DNA from: the human T2T-CHM13v2.0 reference genome, Homo sapiens
DNA: 64,000 bases
Assembly: GCF_009914755.1 (NCBI RefSeq)
Contig: NC_060926.1
Reading direction: 5' to 3' (one strand)
Shown here: piece after piece, positions 24,624 to 37,862 of the stretch
How positions within the stretch are numbered: the first letter of the stretch is position 1
Layout of the letters: each line of letters opens with the position of its first letter
The notes under the pieces: model-generated
Told to the model about the DNA's origin: nothing
What the model saw: the letters and a program-made list of their open reading frames with translations, nothing else
The model's database searches: none
Program-made: the position numbers and the translations under genes

Positions 24624-25485
24624 GGGGCTGGGTGGGGGGCAGCAAATTACTCCTTTAATCCGTGACCTCCTGCCCTTTCATGTGCCTCCTTCTTTCTTCC
24701 CTTTCCCTAAACTTTCACTACTGAAAAAGAAGTTTGGTGGCATGTTATCAAAACTGCAGTGGCAACCCCAGCTACTTTTATATTTAAAAGCTGTTATGAG
24801 AAGGTGATATTGCCAAATGGGCTACCGAAGAGATTGTGTTGTAACATATTAGAAAAGAAACTTAAAATAGCTGAATGTGCCCCTGCCACGGTGAGCTTGA
24901 CTTGTAAATGACCCTATTGAATTTGTTTTTACAAAGTCATAGCAGACATGCTAGGAGGTCATTTCAGCATCCTCTCTACTACTTTCCATCTTCCTAACAG
25001 AGATGATTTGGTTCAGATGTCCACCTGACTTAGTGTGGCCTTCTGCTTCTGGGGAAGCTGGCTCTGGTCTTAGCCTCAAAGGGCAAATCTTGATTGGTTC
25101 AAGCTAGTCATATGGTCCCCTGTGCCTGGGTGGGTGATGTAATGAAATGGTCAACGAAACATGGACAGATATGCTGGAAGCCTTCTGGGAAATGTTCCCT
25201 GTCTCCTGAGGAAATCCCTCTGTCTCAGTCAGTTTGAGCAGTTATTAAAAAATACCTTAGACTGGGTAACTTATAAACAATAGAAATGTATGGCTCACAG
25301 TTCTGGAGGCTGGGAAGTCGAAGACCAAGTTACCAGCAGATTCAGCCCATTCCTCATAGATGGTGCCTTCTATGTGTCCTCACGTAGAAGGGCAAAAGGG
25401 CACTAATTCTATTCATGAGGAGGCCCCATGACCTAATCACCTCCCCAAGGCCTCCCCTAATACATCACGTTGGGGTTTAGGTTTC

Positions 25486-26056
25486 TTTCTTTCTTTCCTT
25501 CTTTATTTGGAGATGGAGTCTGGAGTTCAGTGGTGCAATCACAGCTAGCTGAAGCCTCAAACTCCTAGGCTCAAGCAATCCTCCTGCCTCAGCTTTCTGA
25601 GAGCTGGAAATACAGATGCATGCCACCATGCCTGGCTAAATTAAAACAAAATTTTTGGCCGGGTGCAGTGGCCCACGCCTGTAATCTCAGCACTTTCGGA
25701 GGCCAAGGCCGGCAGATCATCTGAGGTCAGGAGTTCGAGAGTAGCCTGGCTAACATGCCGATGCCACGTCTCTACTAAAAATACAAAAAAATTAGCCACG
25801 CGTGGTGGTGTGCACCTGTAGTCCCAGCTACTCAGGAGGCTGAGGCAGGAGAGTCACTTGAACCTGGGAGGCAGAGGTTGCAATGAGCCGAGGTCAGGCC
25901 AACTGCACTCCAACATGGGCAATAGAGCGAGACTCCATCTAAAAAAAAAAAATTTTTTTAGAGATAGGGTCTCACTCTGTTGCCTAGGCTGGTCTCGAAC
26001 TCATGGGCTTAAGTGATCCTCTCAAAGTGTTGGGATTACAGGTGTGAGCCATGGCC
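25486..26056 (-). mobile_element. AluJ split by a nested AluSx
   Basis: Right arm 25486-~25640, left arm ~25952-26056; TSD ggggtt(t)aggtttc on both sides. Confidence 0.85.
25657..25946 (+). mobile_element. Alu (AluSx-like) inserted in the AluJ linker
   Basis: Full two-arm Alu; TSD-like aaaattttt. Confidence 0.92.
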
Positions 26057-26366
26057 TAGGGGGTTAGGTTTCATCATAAGAATGTGGGGGGTGGGGGAAT
26101 AAAATTCAGACCATAGCATCCTCTTTCCCCAGGAAAAAAGGGTCTCTTTTACCTCTATAATGTGTCACGTTTGGGTGTGGTGTGTACAAATGCAGTGTCC
26201 ATCCTATGATCACAAGAAGAGCAAGATACACACTCAGCAAAGGCAGAGCAGAAAGATGAAATGACCTGAGTTGTCGATGATGTAGCCACCAAGCATAAAC
26301 TATGCAGTTGGCCTACCTGTGGACCTTGTGTGAAGTGTGATTATTTTAAATTTCCTTGGTAAGTCA

Positions 26367-26715
26367 TGTTTTGAAAAAATTGTGGTAAAATATAGATAAC
26401 ATAAATTTTACTATTTAGACCATTTTAAGTGTATAGTTCAGTGCTTTAGTAAGTACATTCACATTGTTGTACAACCATTACCACCATCCATCTTCAGAAC
26501 CTCCACCTTCGAAAACTGTAATTCTGTACCCATTAAACACTAACTTCCTATTCCCCCTCGCCCCAGCTCCTGGCAACCACCATTCTACTTTCTCACACTG
26601 TGAATTTGACTACTCTAGGTCCCCCGGATAAAAGGAATCTTACAGTATTTGTTCCTTTGACTGGCTTGTTTCATTTAGCATCATGTCTTCCAGCTTCATC
26701 TATATTGTAGGATGT
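26367..26715 (-). mobile_element. L1MB-like 3' end, 5'-truncated
   Basis: 'ttgtggtaaaata..ccattttaagtgtatagttcagtg..cctggcaaccaccattctactttc'; TSD gtaagtca 26359-26366 / 26716-26723. Confidence 0.85.
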
Positions 26716-26824
26716 GTAAGTCACTTTGAGATGGGTTTTCTGATACTTGCAATTGAAGGCCTCACAAGTCATCAACCCATCAAATCAAGGTTTAAATTTG
26801 GTCTTGCCGTCACTGACTCTCAAG

Positions 26825-26990
26825 TGTAATGGTTAAGAGCATGGACTCTGGAGCCCAAGACCCTAGGCTTACATCCTCACTCTACCACTTACTAGCGGTG
26901 TGAACTCAGATGATGTGCTTACCTATCTGTGCTTCAGCTTTCCTAACTGTAAAATGTGAAAAATAAGATTTATTCTGGCACAGGGTTGCT
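26825..26990 (+). mobile_element. MIR SINE
   Basis: 'ggttaagagcatggactctggagcc..ctctaccacttactagc..tttcctaactgtaaaatg'. Confidence 0.8.
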
Positions 26991-27044
26991 GGAGAACTGA
27001 GTTATTACATATAAAGAACCAAGGGGGTGGTGGCTGGCACACAG

Positions 27045-27250
27045 TTCCTCCTCTCCTTTTTTTTTCTCCTCCTCTTTTTCCTCGTCCTCTTCCTTCTTCC
27101 TCCTCTTTCTTCTTCTTCCCCTTCCCCTTCTTCTTTGGCTTCTTCTTCCCCTCCTCCTTCTTCTTCTTTTTCCTTCTCCTTCCTGTTCTCCTTCTTCTTC
27201 CCCTTCTCCTTTTCCCCCTTCTTCTCCTTTGTCTTCTCTCTTCTTCTTTG
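27045..27250. repeat. (TTC/TCC)-rich polypyrimidine low-complexity tract
   Basis: ~200 bp almost exclusively C/T on the + strand. Confidence 0.9.
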
Positions 27251-28045
27251 CTATGAGCAGGCAGCCACTTTAGCAGCTTTCCCTGAATGTCCTGCATGAG
27301 TTTGTCCTACACCCAGCCTACCTTTAGCAGATGGAGGGTCTGGAATGGCTCACCTCCCCTGCCATCCATTGTTGCTCTGCCTGGAATGAAGATTCTGGGC
27401 CTTCTCAGTCTTTCTCTTACTTGAGTCTTTCTGCTCCCATCTGAGCAACATATCCAGCTTCCTCCTGTTCCCCATTCAATTCTGGAAGGACCAACCCAAA
27501 GGTCTCAGGTCCCAGAAGTCTAGAGGTGGCTGGTGCTGGAGACAGAAAGCTGGGTGGGCTCAAGGAGGGAGGTACTGGAGTCATGGTGTTGGACCTGGGC
27601 GCATGGATGGGAAAGAGCAGAGTGAGCCTGGCTCCTTGCCCCTCTGTCTGGGAATCTGAGGAGATGAGATGCAGCAAGAATCTGGTGGGTGAACTGAGGG
27701 AGGATCAGCGGCACAGAAAGCTCCACAGACTGGGGTGTAGACCCAGACACACTTGCTTTGCCTCCAGCAGCTCTGGTAAAGGGTCTAAACAGCCCACTGT
27801 TGTCATAGTGGCACTAGAGATGTGACTAACGAAGGAGGAGAGAATAAGGAAATTGCCTTAAAGAGTAGAGGGTAGGAGTCAAAGAAGCAACTCTAGAGGT
27901 AGAGATAGGGATGTGTGTGTGGGGGAGGGGTGGGGAGAGAGAGAGAGAGAGAGAGAAATGTGTCTCAATTTCCCCGTCTGCATCAAGGGGATTAAAAAAA
28001 TGGCTGCCTTTCTTATATTAGGAAGATTTTTCCAAGAACAAATTA

Positions 28046-28404
<359 letters not shown>

Positions 28405-29667
28405 CTAACCTCACGATGACAGAAGGAAATCTGCACTTTGATGTGGTGAGGACACCACCTTGTTTGTGCCACATTTAGCTGCCAGTGGAGGGAGGCACAA
28501 AAAGGCATCTTAGGAGACCTACATGCTGATTTTTCACTATCTCCTCTACAGAAACACTCTTGTCTGCAGGGTAGGCTCTGGAGTGCCGGGTTGGGCTGTA
28601 ACTCTTGGGAAACTCAGTTGTACAGAAGGGAAAACAAACTCAGATTTTATTAGTAGGAGGGAAGCCAAGAGGGGCAAGTGCCGCTAGATGCAGGGTGGCT
28701 GCCTGATAAACTGTATATTTGGTGGAGGGACAAGAAGGAGATAAAAGATTAAAAAATGTAATAGAAGATTTGCTTACACTTCTTGGAATGGTAATTAAAT
28801 TTATTTATAGTTATGGAAACTTTGGGGAAGGGAGGAAAAGCAATTTAAATGCCGAGTTTTCACAGGGCAACTGCAAATGGCTTGCTTTAACGGTGCCTCG
28901 GAAGGTTAACAGAATGGCAGGGAGGTCAGACTGAAGTGCATATGATAAGTGACAAGTGTTAACATGGCAAATCATGTATTTAAAATTACTCTGAGCTTTA
29001 TCAAATGTTTCCTCTCGAAAATAAACTATCCTGGAAGGAAAGGTTAACAGAGGAAAGAGTATTACTCTAATGTTCTCCTGATGACCTGGGGGAGGGGCTG
29101 GAGATTCTGTAATGTGGGAGAAGTGATGATAAATATAAATAGGTTGTTATGTTATTAACAGCAAAGAAACAAAAATATTCAACTTACAGTACACTATGAG
29201 GGAAGGCAAGTGAATGTTCCTTCCCCTCTTATTCTTCCCTGTCTACATTAGCTAAGCAGCTTCCCAGCCAACCCTTTGAGTGGAAAGGAGACACACAGCC
29301 AATGAGATACTAAAGAAAGAGTAATAGCCAGTGCCTCTGCAGCTGGAACTGTCCATGGGCAGCTTTGGCCATTAGGAGGAAGTCATCAGATTCTCTGAAG
29401 TCCTCCATCCACTGCTCCTCTCACCTGGTCTCCATCTGTCCCAGGATTCTCTCTGCCTCTGTCTGGAGGAAGGGCTAAGATGGGCAACAGAGCAAAGCAG
29501 AGGCATGCCTGCAACCCAACCTGGCCAATGGGACAAACTTACGGAGTGTTAATGAGGGTCATGGACTTTGCCACCATCTTTTCCTCTTAGCCTCAGTTTC
29601 TTCCAACTTATTGGAGCAAAACCTCAAGTGGTTGGATGAAGCAGTAGGAACAACCTCAGTAAAGTCA

Positions 29668-29988
<321 letters not shown>

Positions 29989-30930
29989 TCAGGAATGGTC
30001 TTTTTGATTGCTATTAGTTAATACTGTCCTGGAAGAACCGTCCAGCACAATGAGACAAGAAATAAATGAAATTATCATTTGTTTTACTTACGATGTTACT
30101 TTTTTTTACAAGAGGGAATAAACCAATAAGAGAATCAACTAAAAAACTGCTACAATTCAGTAACATGGCCGGGTATAAAGTTAATGTAAAGAAATTTATG
30201 GTATTTCTAAATAAAAGTTAGAGATAATGCAAGAAATGATACTATGAACAAACGAAGGAAGGTTCAAGAGATGGATCATTTAAAATGCTAATGAATGGCA
30301 ACATAAATCAAAAAAGATGTGAACAGACAAACCCCATATTCTTGTAAGGAAAGATTCAACATCATAAAGATGTTAATATTCCCTAAATTAATCTGTAAAT
30401 CCCAATGACTTTTTTTTTTTTTTGGCTAGGGCAAGGAGAGTATCAGAGAAGCAGACACTAAATTTCACATGGAAAAATAATCAAGTGAAAATAGCCAGAA
30501 AAAATTATAAAAGTGATGAGGGGAACTGGCCCAGCCAGATATTAAAATATATTATAAAGCTGCAAAATTAAAGCAGTCAAGTACTGGCACATAGACAGAC
30601 CAATGAAACTATGTATAAAAATTAATTTGTACTCCTGTCTTGTATCTTATGCTTAAAGATCCAGATACCCAGATAGGTCAAAGATCTTACAAATGAAATT
30701 TAAAGGAGCAAGAAGGAAACAAGAAAAGTTTTTTAATGACCCTGGAGTGAGAAAAGCATCTCTAGGTATGCCATAAGACCCAGACACTGTAAAAAGAAAA
30801 AAAATGATAAATGTATAAAAATTGAAGTTTATGCATGGGAAGAGACACCATAAACAATGTCAAAAACAAACAGAAAGCTGGAAAAAAAATTTGCAATCCA
30901 TATCTTCTAAACAAAGGACAAATTACCTTT

Positions 30931-31073
30931 TTTGTTCTTACTGTTATTTGCTTTTAGAGATGGGGTCTTGCTATGTTGCCCAGTCTGGTCTTGAACTCCT
31001 GGCTTCAAGTGATCCTCCCACCTTGGCCTTTCAAAGTGCTGGGATAACAGGCATGTGCCACCAGGTTCCACCA
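30931..31073 (-). mobile_element. FLAM / free left Alu monomer
   Basis: Single reverse left arm; TSD aattacctt 30921-30929 / 31077-31085. Confidence 0.8.
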
Positions 31074-32369
31074 GCTAATTACCTTAATATGAAAAGTTTC
31101 CATAAGTCAGAGAGCAGAAGACCAACTAACAAAAAATAAAACATAAATAATTTTTTAAAGTGAAAAGAGACCTAATGGCTCTCATAATAGAAGAGATATG
31201 AAATAAAACGACCATAAATTACCATTTTTCACTTATCAAATAGGAAAAAAGTTGAAAATGTATTGGAAAAAGTTTAAGGAAATAGAAACTCTGCTGATGG
31301 GAGTAAAAATTAATATAATCCTTATGAAGAGCAAGTTGGAAATGTCTATAAAGAGTAAAAATTGAACATTCTCTTTGACTGAGGAATTTAGTATCTAGGA
31401 ATTTATTCTATTGATTTCTTTGCACAAGTACATATAAGAATATTTATTGAAGCATATTTGTAATAGCCAAAATGGGAAATAACCTAAATGCTCATCCCTG
31501 ACATTGATTGAATAAATTATTGTTCTTTCATGCAGTGCTATGAAACAATCTCCAAACTATATTTGTAAGTGAAAAAGAGTGAAGTGCATTCTATTCAACG
31601 TAAATGAATCCTAAAACTATAATATTCTGCAAAAATTTAAAAAGTAAGACCAAAAAGAATACACAAATATGATTCCATTAATATAAGCTTCGAAACCAGA
31701 TACGGCTAAACTTTATTGTTTAGAGATACAGTTAGAGGAGGCAAAGCTGTAGGGAAAAGCAAGGAAATTAATATCACAAAAGTCAAGATAAGGCTCTCTC
31801 TGCAAGGAAGGAACCGATGATGAAGGAAGAGCAAACAGGAAGCTTGTGGAGTGCTGACAATGTTCTGCTTCTTGATCTGGGTGCTAGCTACATAGATGTA
31901 CAGTTTTTAGTTATTAACTAAACTCTACATACATGTTTTTTTGCATTTTATGTGCGCATTATTTTCCCCAATAACTTTTGTCCCAAAAAGTAGGTGCAGA
32001 ACTATGTATATTGTATTATATCATTCATTTTCTAAAATAAGATATACATATTTGCTTGCCTATGCATAAAATAACCCCGAAAGACAGACACACAACTGAT
32101 AGCAGAATTTGCTTCTGGGGAACTGAGCTACTTGAGGACAGAGATCTTTCTATAGAAAGCAGGGAAATCTACTTTCCATTGTGTACCTGTTAGTGTCTTT
32201 TGAATGCTTGACAGGTGCATCTATTACCTTTTCAAAAACAGTTTTAAAAGCACTGAATAAACTTTAAGATGATCCATACTAAAGATAGGTAAACATTTTT
32301 AAGTGGGCTTTTACAGAAAGGAAACTAAAAACATAATGTACCCTGATTCTAGGGAAATAGCCATAAAAA

Positions 32370-32850
32370 CAATTTCGTCTATTGGTTAGGGCATTGTAGG
32401 GAACGGAATTCACTGTAGCAAGTTCAATAGAAAGGAGTTTCTTGGAGGGTATTAAATACCTCACAGGATCATTGCACTAAAGAAACAGACTCGAGGTTGA
32501 GCTTTCAGAAACAGTCCCCAAAGTCACCCTAAATTGGGCCACCAAGATAGCTGCTGCCTCTTACATGATCTGAAGCCACCATGATCAGGAAGCTGCCCCT
32601 TTGGTTTACACCAGCCAAATGGATGCCCTGTACCCTGAAGACAAGGGACCAGACCCTGGGACCCCTGATAATGCTGCTGCAGAAAACAAATGCCTCCATT
32701 TGTTGTAATGCTGCTAGCTAGCAGGTGCAACAGACCCATGGCCTCTGCCTTACTTCCCCTTCCAGATTTCACATAAGTGCATCTTATTGGCAGAATCAGA
32801 TCATATCTGGAACCCTAGATGCAAGAAAAGCTGAAAAATACACCAAATAT
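32370..32850 (-). mobile_element. old MLT1-type LTR fragment
   Basis: 'ttattggcagaatcagatcata..aaccctagatgcaagaaaagctg' resembles antisense MLT1; similar motif at 47120-47165. Confidence 0.4.
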
Positions 32851-32955
32851 ATGTAAGTTGTACCACCACTAGGTATACCAATTTTGTAATATCTAATAAA
32901 GTTGAAATTGTGCCTACCTTAAGACAAAGAAATACTACTTCAAAGTAAATATTCT

Positions 32956-33265
32956 TTTTTTTTTTTTTTTTTTTTTTTTTTTGAGATAGGGTTTCACTCC
33001 CATCAGCCAGGTTGGGGAACAATGGCACAATCTTGGTTCACTGCAACCTCCACCTCCCAGTCTCAAGCGATTCTCCTTCCTTAGCCTCCTGAGTAGCTGG
33101 GACTACAGGTGCATGCCACCACACCTGACTAACTTTTTGTATTTCTTGTAGAGATGAGGTTCCACCACGTTGGCCAGGCTGGTCTCAAACTCCTGAGCTC
33201 AAGCAATCTGCCCGCCTTGACCTCCCAAAATGCTAGGATCACTGGTGTGAGCCACTGTGCCCAGC
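32956..33265 (-). mobile_element. Alu (old S/Jb-like), full length
   Basis: Long T tract; perfect 15-bp TSD caaagtaaatattct 32941-32955 / 33266-33280. Confidence 0.95.
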
Positions 33266-34636
33266 CAAAGTAAATATTCTAAAGAAACTCATACACATTT
33301 GCCCAAGGATCTACATATAAGAAAATGTATTCCAATGGTATTTGTGACAGTAAAACATTGGAAACAACCAAATATCCATCAACAAGAGAATGGATTGTGG
33401 CACGTTTACTCAATGGATACTATATAGCAATTAAAGATAGGATCTAGCGCCATACAGGCTAAAATAAATAAATCTCAACATAATGATATTGAAAACAATG
33501 TTGTAGAATTACACATATATCATTTATATAAAAGTTCTAAAACCACAAAGCAACATTATATATGAGTCATGGCAACATACATATGTCACATGGATGGAAA
33601 TCATAAATGCCAGATTCAGATTAGTTCTTGCCTCTGGAGAGAAAGAGAGATGTGGGACCAGAGTTGGGTACATAGAGTTTTTAGCCACTCAGTAATACTT
33701 TATTTCATTATAAAATATCTGAGGCAAACATGGCCAAATGTTACATTCAATAAAACTAAATAATTACATTGATGAGTGTATTATTGAGTATATGTACAAC
33801 TGTCCATGCATTTTAAATATTTTAAATATTTCATAATAAAAAATTTAAATTTATGAGTAATCATTACAACACTGAAAACATGTCATTTCCAAATTAGCAG
33901 AGAAAACAAAAATAGTTGGGATGAAGGAAATGTCATCAATCAAATAGTGGACAGAAAAAGAATAGAAAAATAACCCAAGGGAAAACATGGAGAAAAGGAA
34001 AATAAAAAGTACATAGAAATAATTCCACATGTCAGTTATAATCATAAATATAAGCAGTCTAAACTCGAACTATAAAAAACATGAGACTGTTACATTTTAT
34101 AAATCCAAATATGTGCCCCCTACAAGTACAACCCAAACCAAAATGATAGAAATATTGAAACCAAATGGACGGCAAAAGGTATACAAGACAAATACTAATC
34201 AAAATAACCATATCAGACAAAATATTAATTTAAGACAAGAAGCATAAATATGATGAAGTGGGACGTTGCATAATGGAAAGAACAATTCACAAAAAAGATA
34301 ACGTTTATCATAGAATTGAATGTGCATAATAAGATAGCCTCATATAAATATGTAAATTATTATATATCAATAAAAGAGAAAAAAGCCTCAAAATATATAA
34401 AGTAAAAAAGGTCAGACATAGTTACAATGAAAAATAAATCCAAAATTGCAGTGGGAAATTTTAGTATGCCTCTATCAGATGAATAGATTAAGCAGAAAAT
34501 AGAGTATTTAAATAATAATATAGGGTGGTAAAAGAGGACGTAACTACAGATGTAGTGGAAATGTTAAAATCATAATCTATTGGCAATTTATGCCATTAAA
34601 TTAGAAAACTTAGATAAATAAAAAATTATCGAAACT

Positions 34637-34954
<318 letters not shown>

Positions 34955-35487
34955 TTAGGAAAAATTGATCATTTTCAGGGACTTGTAATCATAATCATTG
35001 TTAAATAAATTAAAGCAGTACCTAAGTCCATTATCAAAACAAACTGTACGAGAAAACAGAAAATTAGGAAAAGCTAACTCATTGAAGAAAGTTAGTTTCA
35101 CCTTGGTGCTAAACCTGGACAAGGATAGTAGGTTAATAGAAAAATTATATGATAATGTTACTTATGAACGTAGATGTAAAACACTAAATTAAATTAAGCT
35201 CAGAGTTTTTTAAAGCTAATAATATGTCCTGACCAAGTAGAATTCTTCCCAGGAATCTAAGTATCACTCATTAGCAGAAAATAAATCAATGTAATTGACC
35301 ACTTATCAGATTAAAGGAGAAAAAACATATGCTCATCTCAGTAGATGCAGAAAATATTTGATAAAATACACTACTCTTTCATAACTAAAAGAAAAGAAAG
35401 AAAAATGCTTATTTAACTAGAAGTAGAAGGGACTTTTTGATTTGATAAAGAGTAGGATCTAAAAATCTACAGTAATGTCTTTCTTAA

Positions 35488-35811
<324 letters not shown>

Positions 35812-35992
35812 TAGCAAGATTTCCTTTGAAGTCAAGAACAAGATATGAATGCCCATTATTACTCCTCTTACACAAGATTATACTGGAGGTCCTAGAGTAT
35901 GCAATAACACAAGGAAAAAGTAGATAGAAGGAAGGAAAGAAAAAAATATTATTTGCAGAAAACATAATTATCTACATAGAAAATCCAAAAAC

Positions 35993-36342
35993 ATAGCCGG
36001 GCATGGTGGCATGTGCCTGTAATACCAGCTACTCAGGAGGCTGAGGCAGGAGAATCGCTTGAACCTGGGCGGCAGAGGTTGCAGTGAGCCAAGATGGTGC
36101 CACTGCACTCCAACCTGGGTGATAGAGTGAGACTCCATCTCAAAAAAAAAAAAAGAAGGTGGCATCCAGCAGGGCACAGGGTGTATACAGCTGAGAACCC
36201 ATGACAAACTGGAAAGCAGAGTTTGGAGCCCAAGCCACCCAGAAGCACACACCACACTGAGAGCTTTTCCCAGGCATCACATACAGCCTTCCGTGTGAAT
36301 AAAGACCCCTTTCCCCACAAAAAAAAAGAAAGAAAGAAAGAA
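35993..36342 (+). pseudogene. 5'-truncated retrocopy: Alu right arm + unique 3' sequence + AATAAA + poly(A)
   Basis: Perfect 15-bp TSD agaaaatccaaaaac 35978-35992 / 36343-36357 encloses Alu arm (35993-36154), non-Alu 36155-36318, AATAAA 36298-36303 and A/(GAAA)n tail from 36319. Confidence 0.8.
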
Positions 36343-36897
36343 AGAAAATCCAAAAACCAAACTCTTAAAACTAATCAGAGCATTTGGCAAGGCTGCTGGG
36401 TACAGCACCAATATACAAAAATTCTAGACACAAATAATAACCTATTAGCCAATACTTGATATTCAATGTAATTTCAAACAAAGTTCAAGAGGATTTTTTA
36501 CAGAACTTAATCTGATTAAAACATAAAAGTATAAGGGCATAAGTAACCAAGATAAATCTGAAAAAGAGGAAAGATAAACAATTTACTCTATAAACTATCA
36601 AGACATATCATGAAGTTGACCAGTTCACCAAACACCAATTTGTCAAATGGCCAATTCCATGAATGGCCAGTTTGACAAAGGCCAATTTCCCAAAAGTCAG
36701 TTTGCTAATGAATTAACTTCACAAATGACTGATTCACAGAATTTACAAGATGTACTGAATAGCTACAAATGTGTTTTAAGAAATATTGACTTCTAGTTTT
36801 TCTTTAGTCAAAATTCTAAGAAAGAATATATTCGACATAATAGATAGCCAAGGATCTATTCAAGACTATATACTTCAAAATATATTCTTCATGAATA

Positions 36898-37224
36898 TAG
36901 TAATGTGCCATATAATGACGTTTCAGTCAATGATGGACCACATAAAATCACAATACCATATTTTTACTGTACCTTTTATTGTTTAGATATGTTAGATACA
37001 GAAATACTTAGCATTGTGTTACAATTGCTTACAGTATGCAGAGCAGTAGCATGCTGTACTGGTTTGTAGCCTAGGAACAGTTTGGTATTGCCCATAGCCC
37101 AGGTATGTAGTAGGCTATACCACCTAGGTTTGGGTACGTACACTCTATGGGTTTGCACAAGGATGAAATTGACTAATGATTCATTTCTCAGAACTTATCC
37201 TCATCATTAAGCAACACATGACTG
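36898..37224 (+). mobile_element. Tigger3a/MER7A (TcMar-Tigger), essentially complete
   Basis: TIRs 'tagtaatgtgc' / 'acacatgactg' flanked by TA; 'tttttactgtaccttt', 'gtagtaggctatacca'. Confidence 0.88.
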
Positions 37225-37567
37225 TATAACCAATGACTTCATAATAAGACAGTCTTTATTAACATATTCTTATAAGCAATATACATGAGAAAAGATCAAA
37301 TATATACATGAATATATTCGAGACTACATTAAATATATTCTGAAACATACTTTTCATAACTCAACCTTTGATAAATTATTTGTTCAGTGCTGCTAAGAAA
37401 AATGCAAGTTAGAATATATATAACCTATTTGTGAATATAGGCTTAAGAATATTGTCATACTTCTAACATATTTGAGAAGGCTGTGTCTTAAAATTTTTGA
37501 TATGTTAGTAAATTTAATAACTTTAGCAAATTGAACATTAGATGGAGTGACTTAAAACTGGCTTTTA

Positions 37568-37862
37568 CAGACGCAAAAGACCACATAGTGTGCGATTCCA
37601 TTTATACGATTTGTCTAAAAAAGGCCAATTTATAGAGATGAAAAGCAGATCAGTTGTTGCTTAGGGCTGGGGGAGGGGTGAGAGGAGTGGAGATTAACTG
37701 CAAAAGGGCATGGAGGAACTTTATGGGGTGATGGAAATGCTCTAAAACTGAATTGTAGCAATTGCAAAACTCTATAAATTTACTAAAATCATTGAATTGC
37801 ACATGTGCAATGGATGAATTTTATGGTGTGTAAATTATAACTCAATAAAGCTGTTAAGAAGG
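37568..37862 (+). mobile_element. L1MB-like 3' end, 5'-truncated
   Basis: 'gattccatttata..tatagaga..gcagatcagttgttgc..ggggtgatggaaatg..ctcaataaagctgtt'; TSD-like aaaactggcttt / aaaattggcttt. Confidence 0.8.

Larger units (their letters stand above)
25221..26118 (-). mobile_element. MLT1A/MSTD-like MaLR solo LTR, interrupted by Alus
   Basis: 'tgtctcagtc..ctcacagttctggaggctgggaagtc..catgacctaatcacctccc..cagaccatagca'; 5-bp TSD ccctc / tcctc. Confidence 0.8.
24938..26770 (+). mobile_element. old MLT1 (MLT1K-like) LTR hosting nested insertions
   Basis: 'gattggttcaagcta', 'cttctgggaaa', 'ggcagagcagaaagatg', terminal 'gggttttctgatacttgca'. Confidence 0.55.

Noticed and set aside
26923-27299. Lys/Arg/Glu-rich 124-aa ORF and Ser/Phe-rich 90-aa ORF
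   Set aside because: Both are translations of the TTC/TCC low-complexity tract
36616-36740. Short-period repeat array as a CRISPR array
   Set aside because: Degenerate adjacent ~15-bp units, no unique spacers, no cas genes; better explained as transposon subterminal repeats
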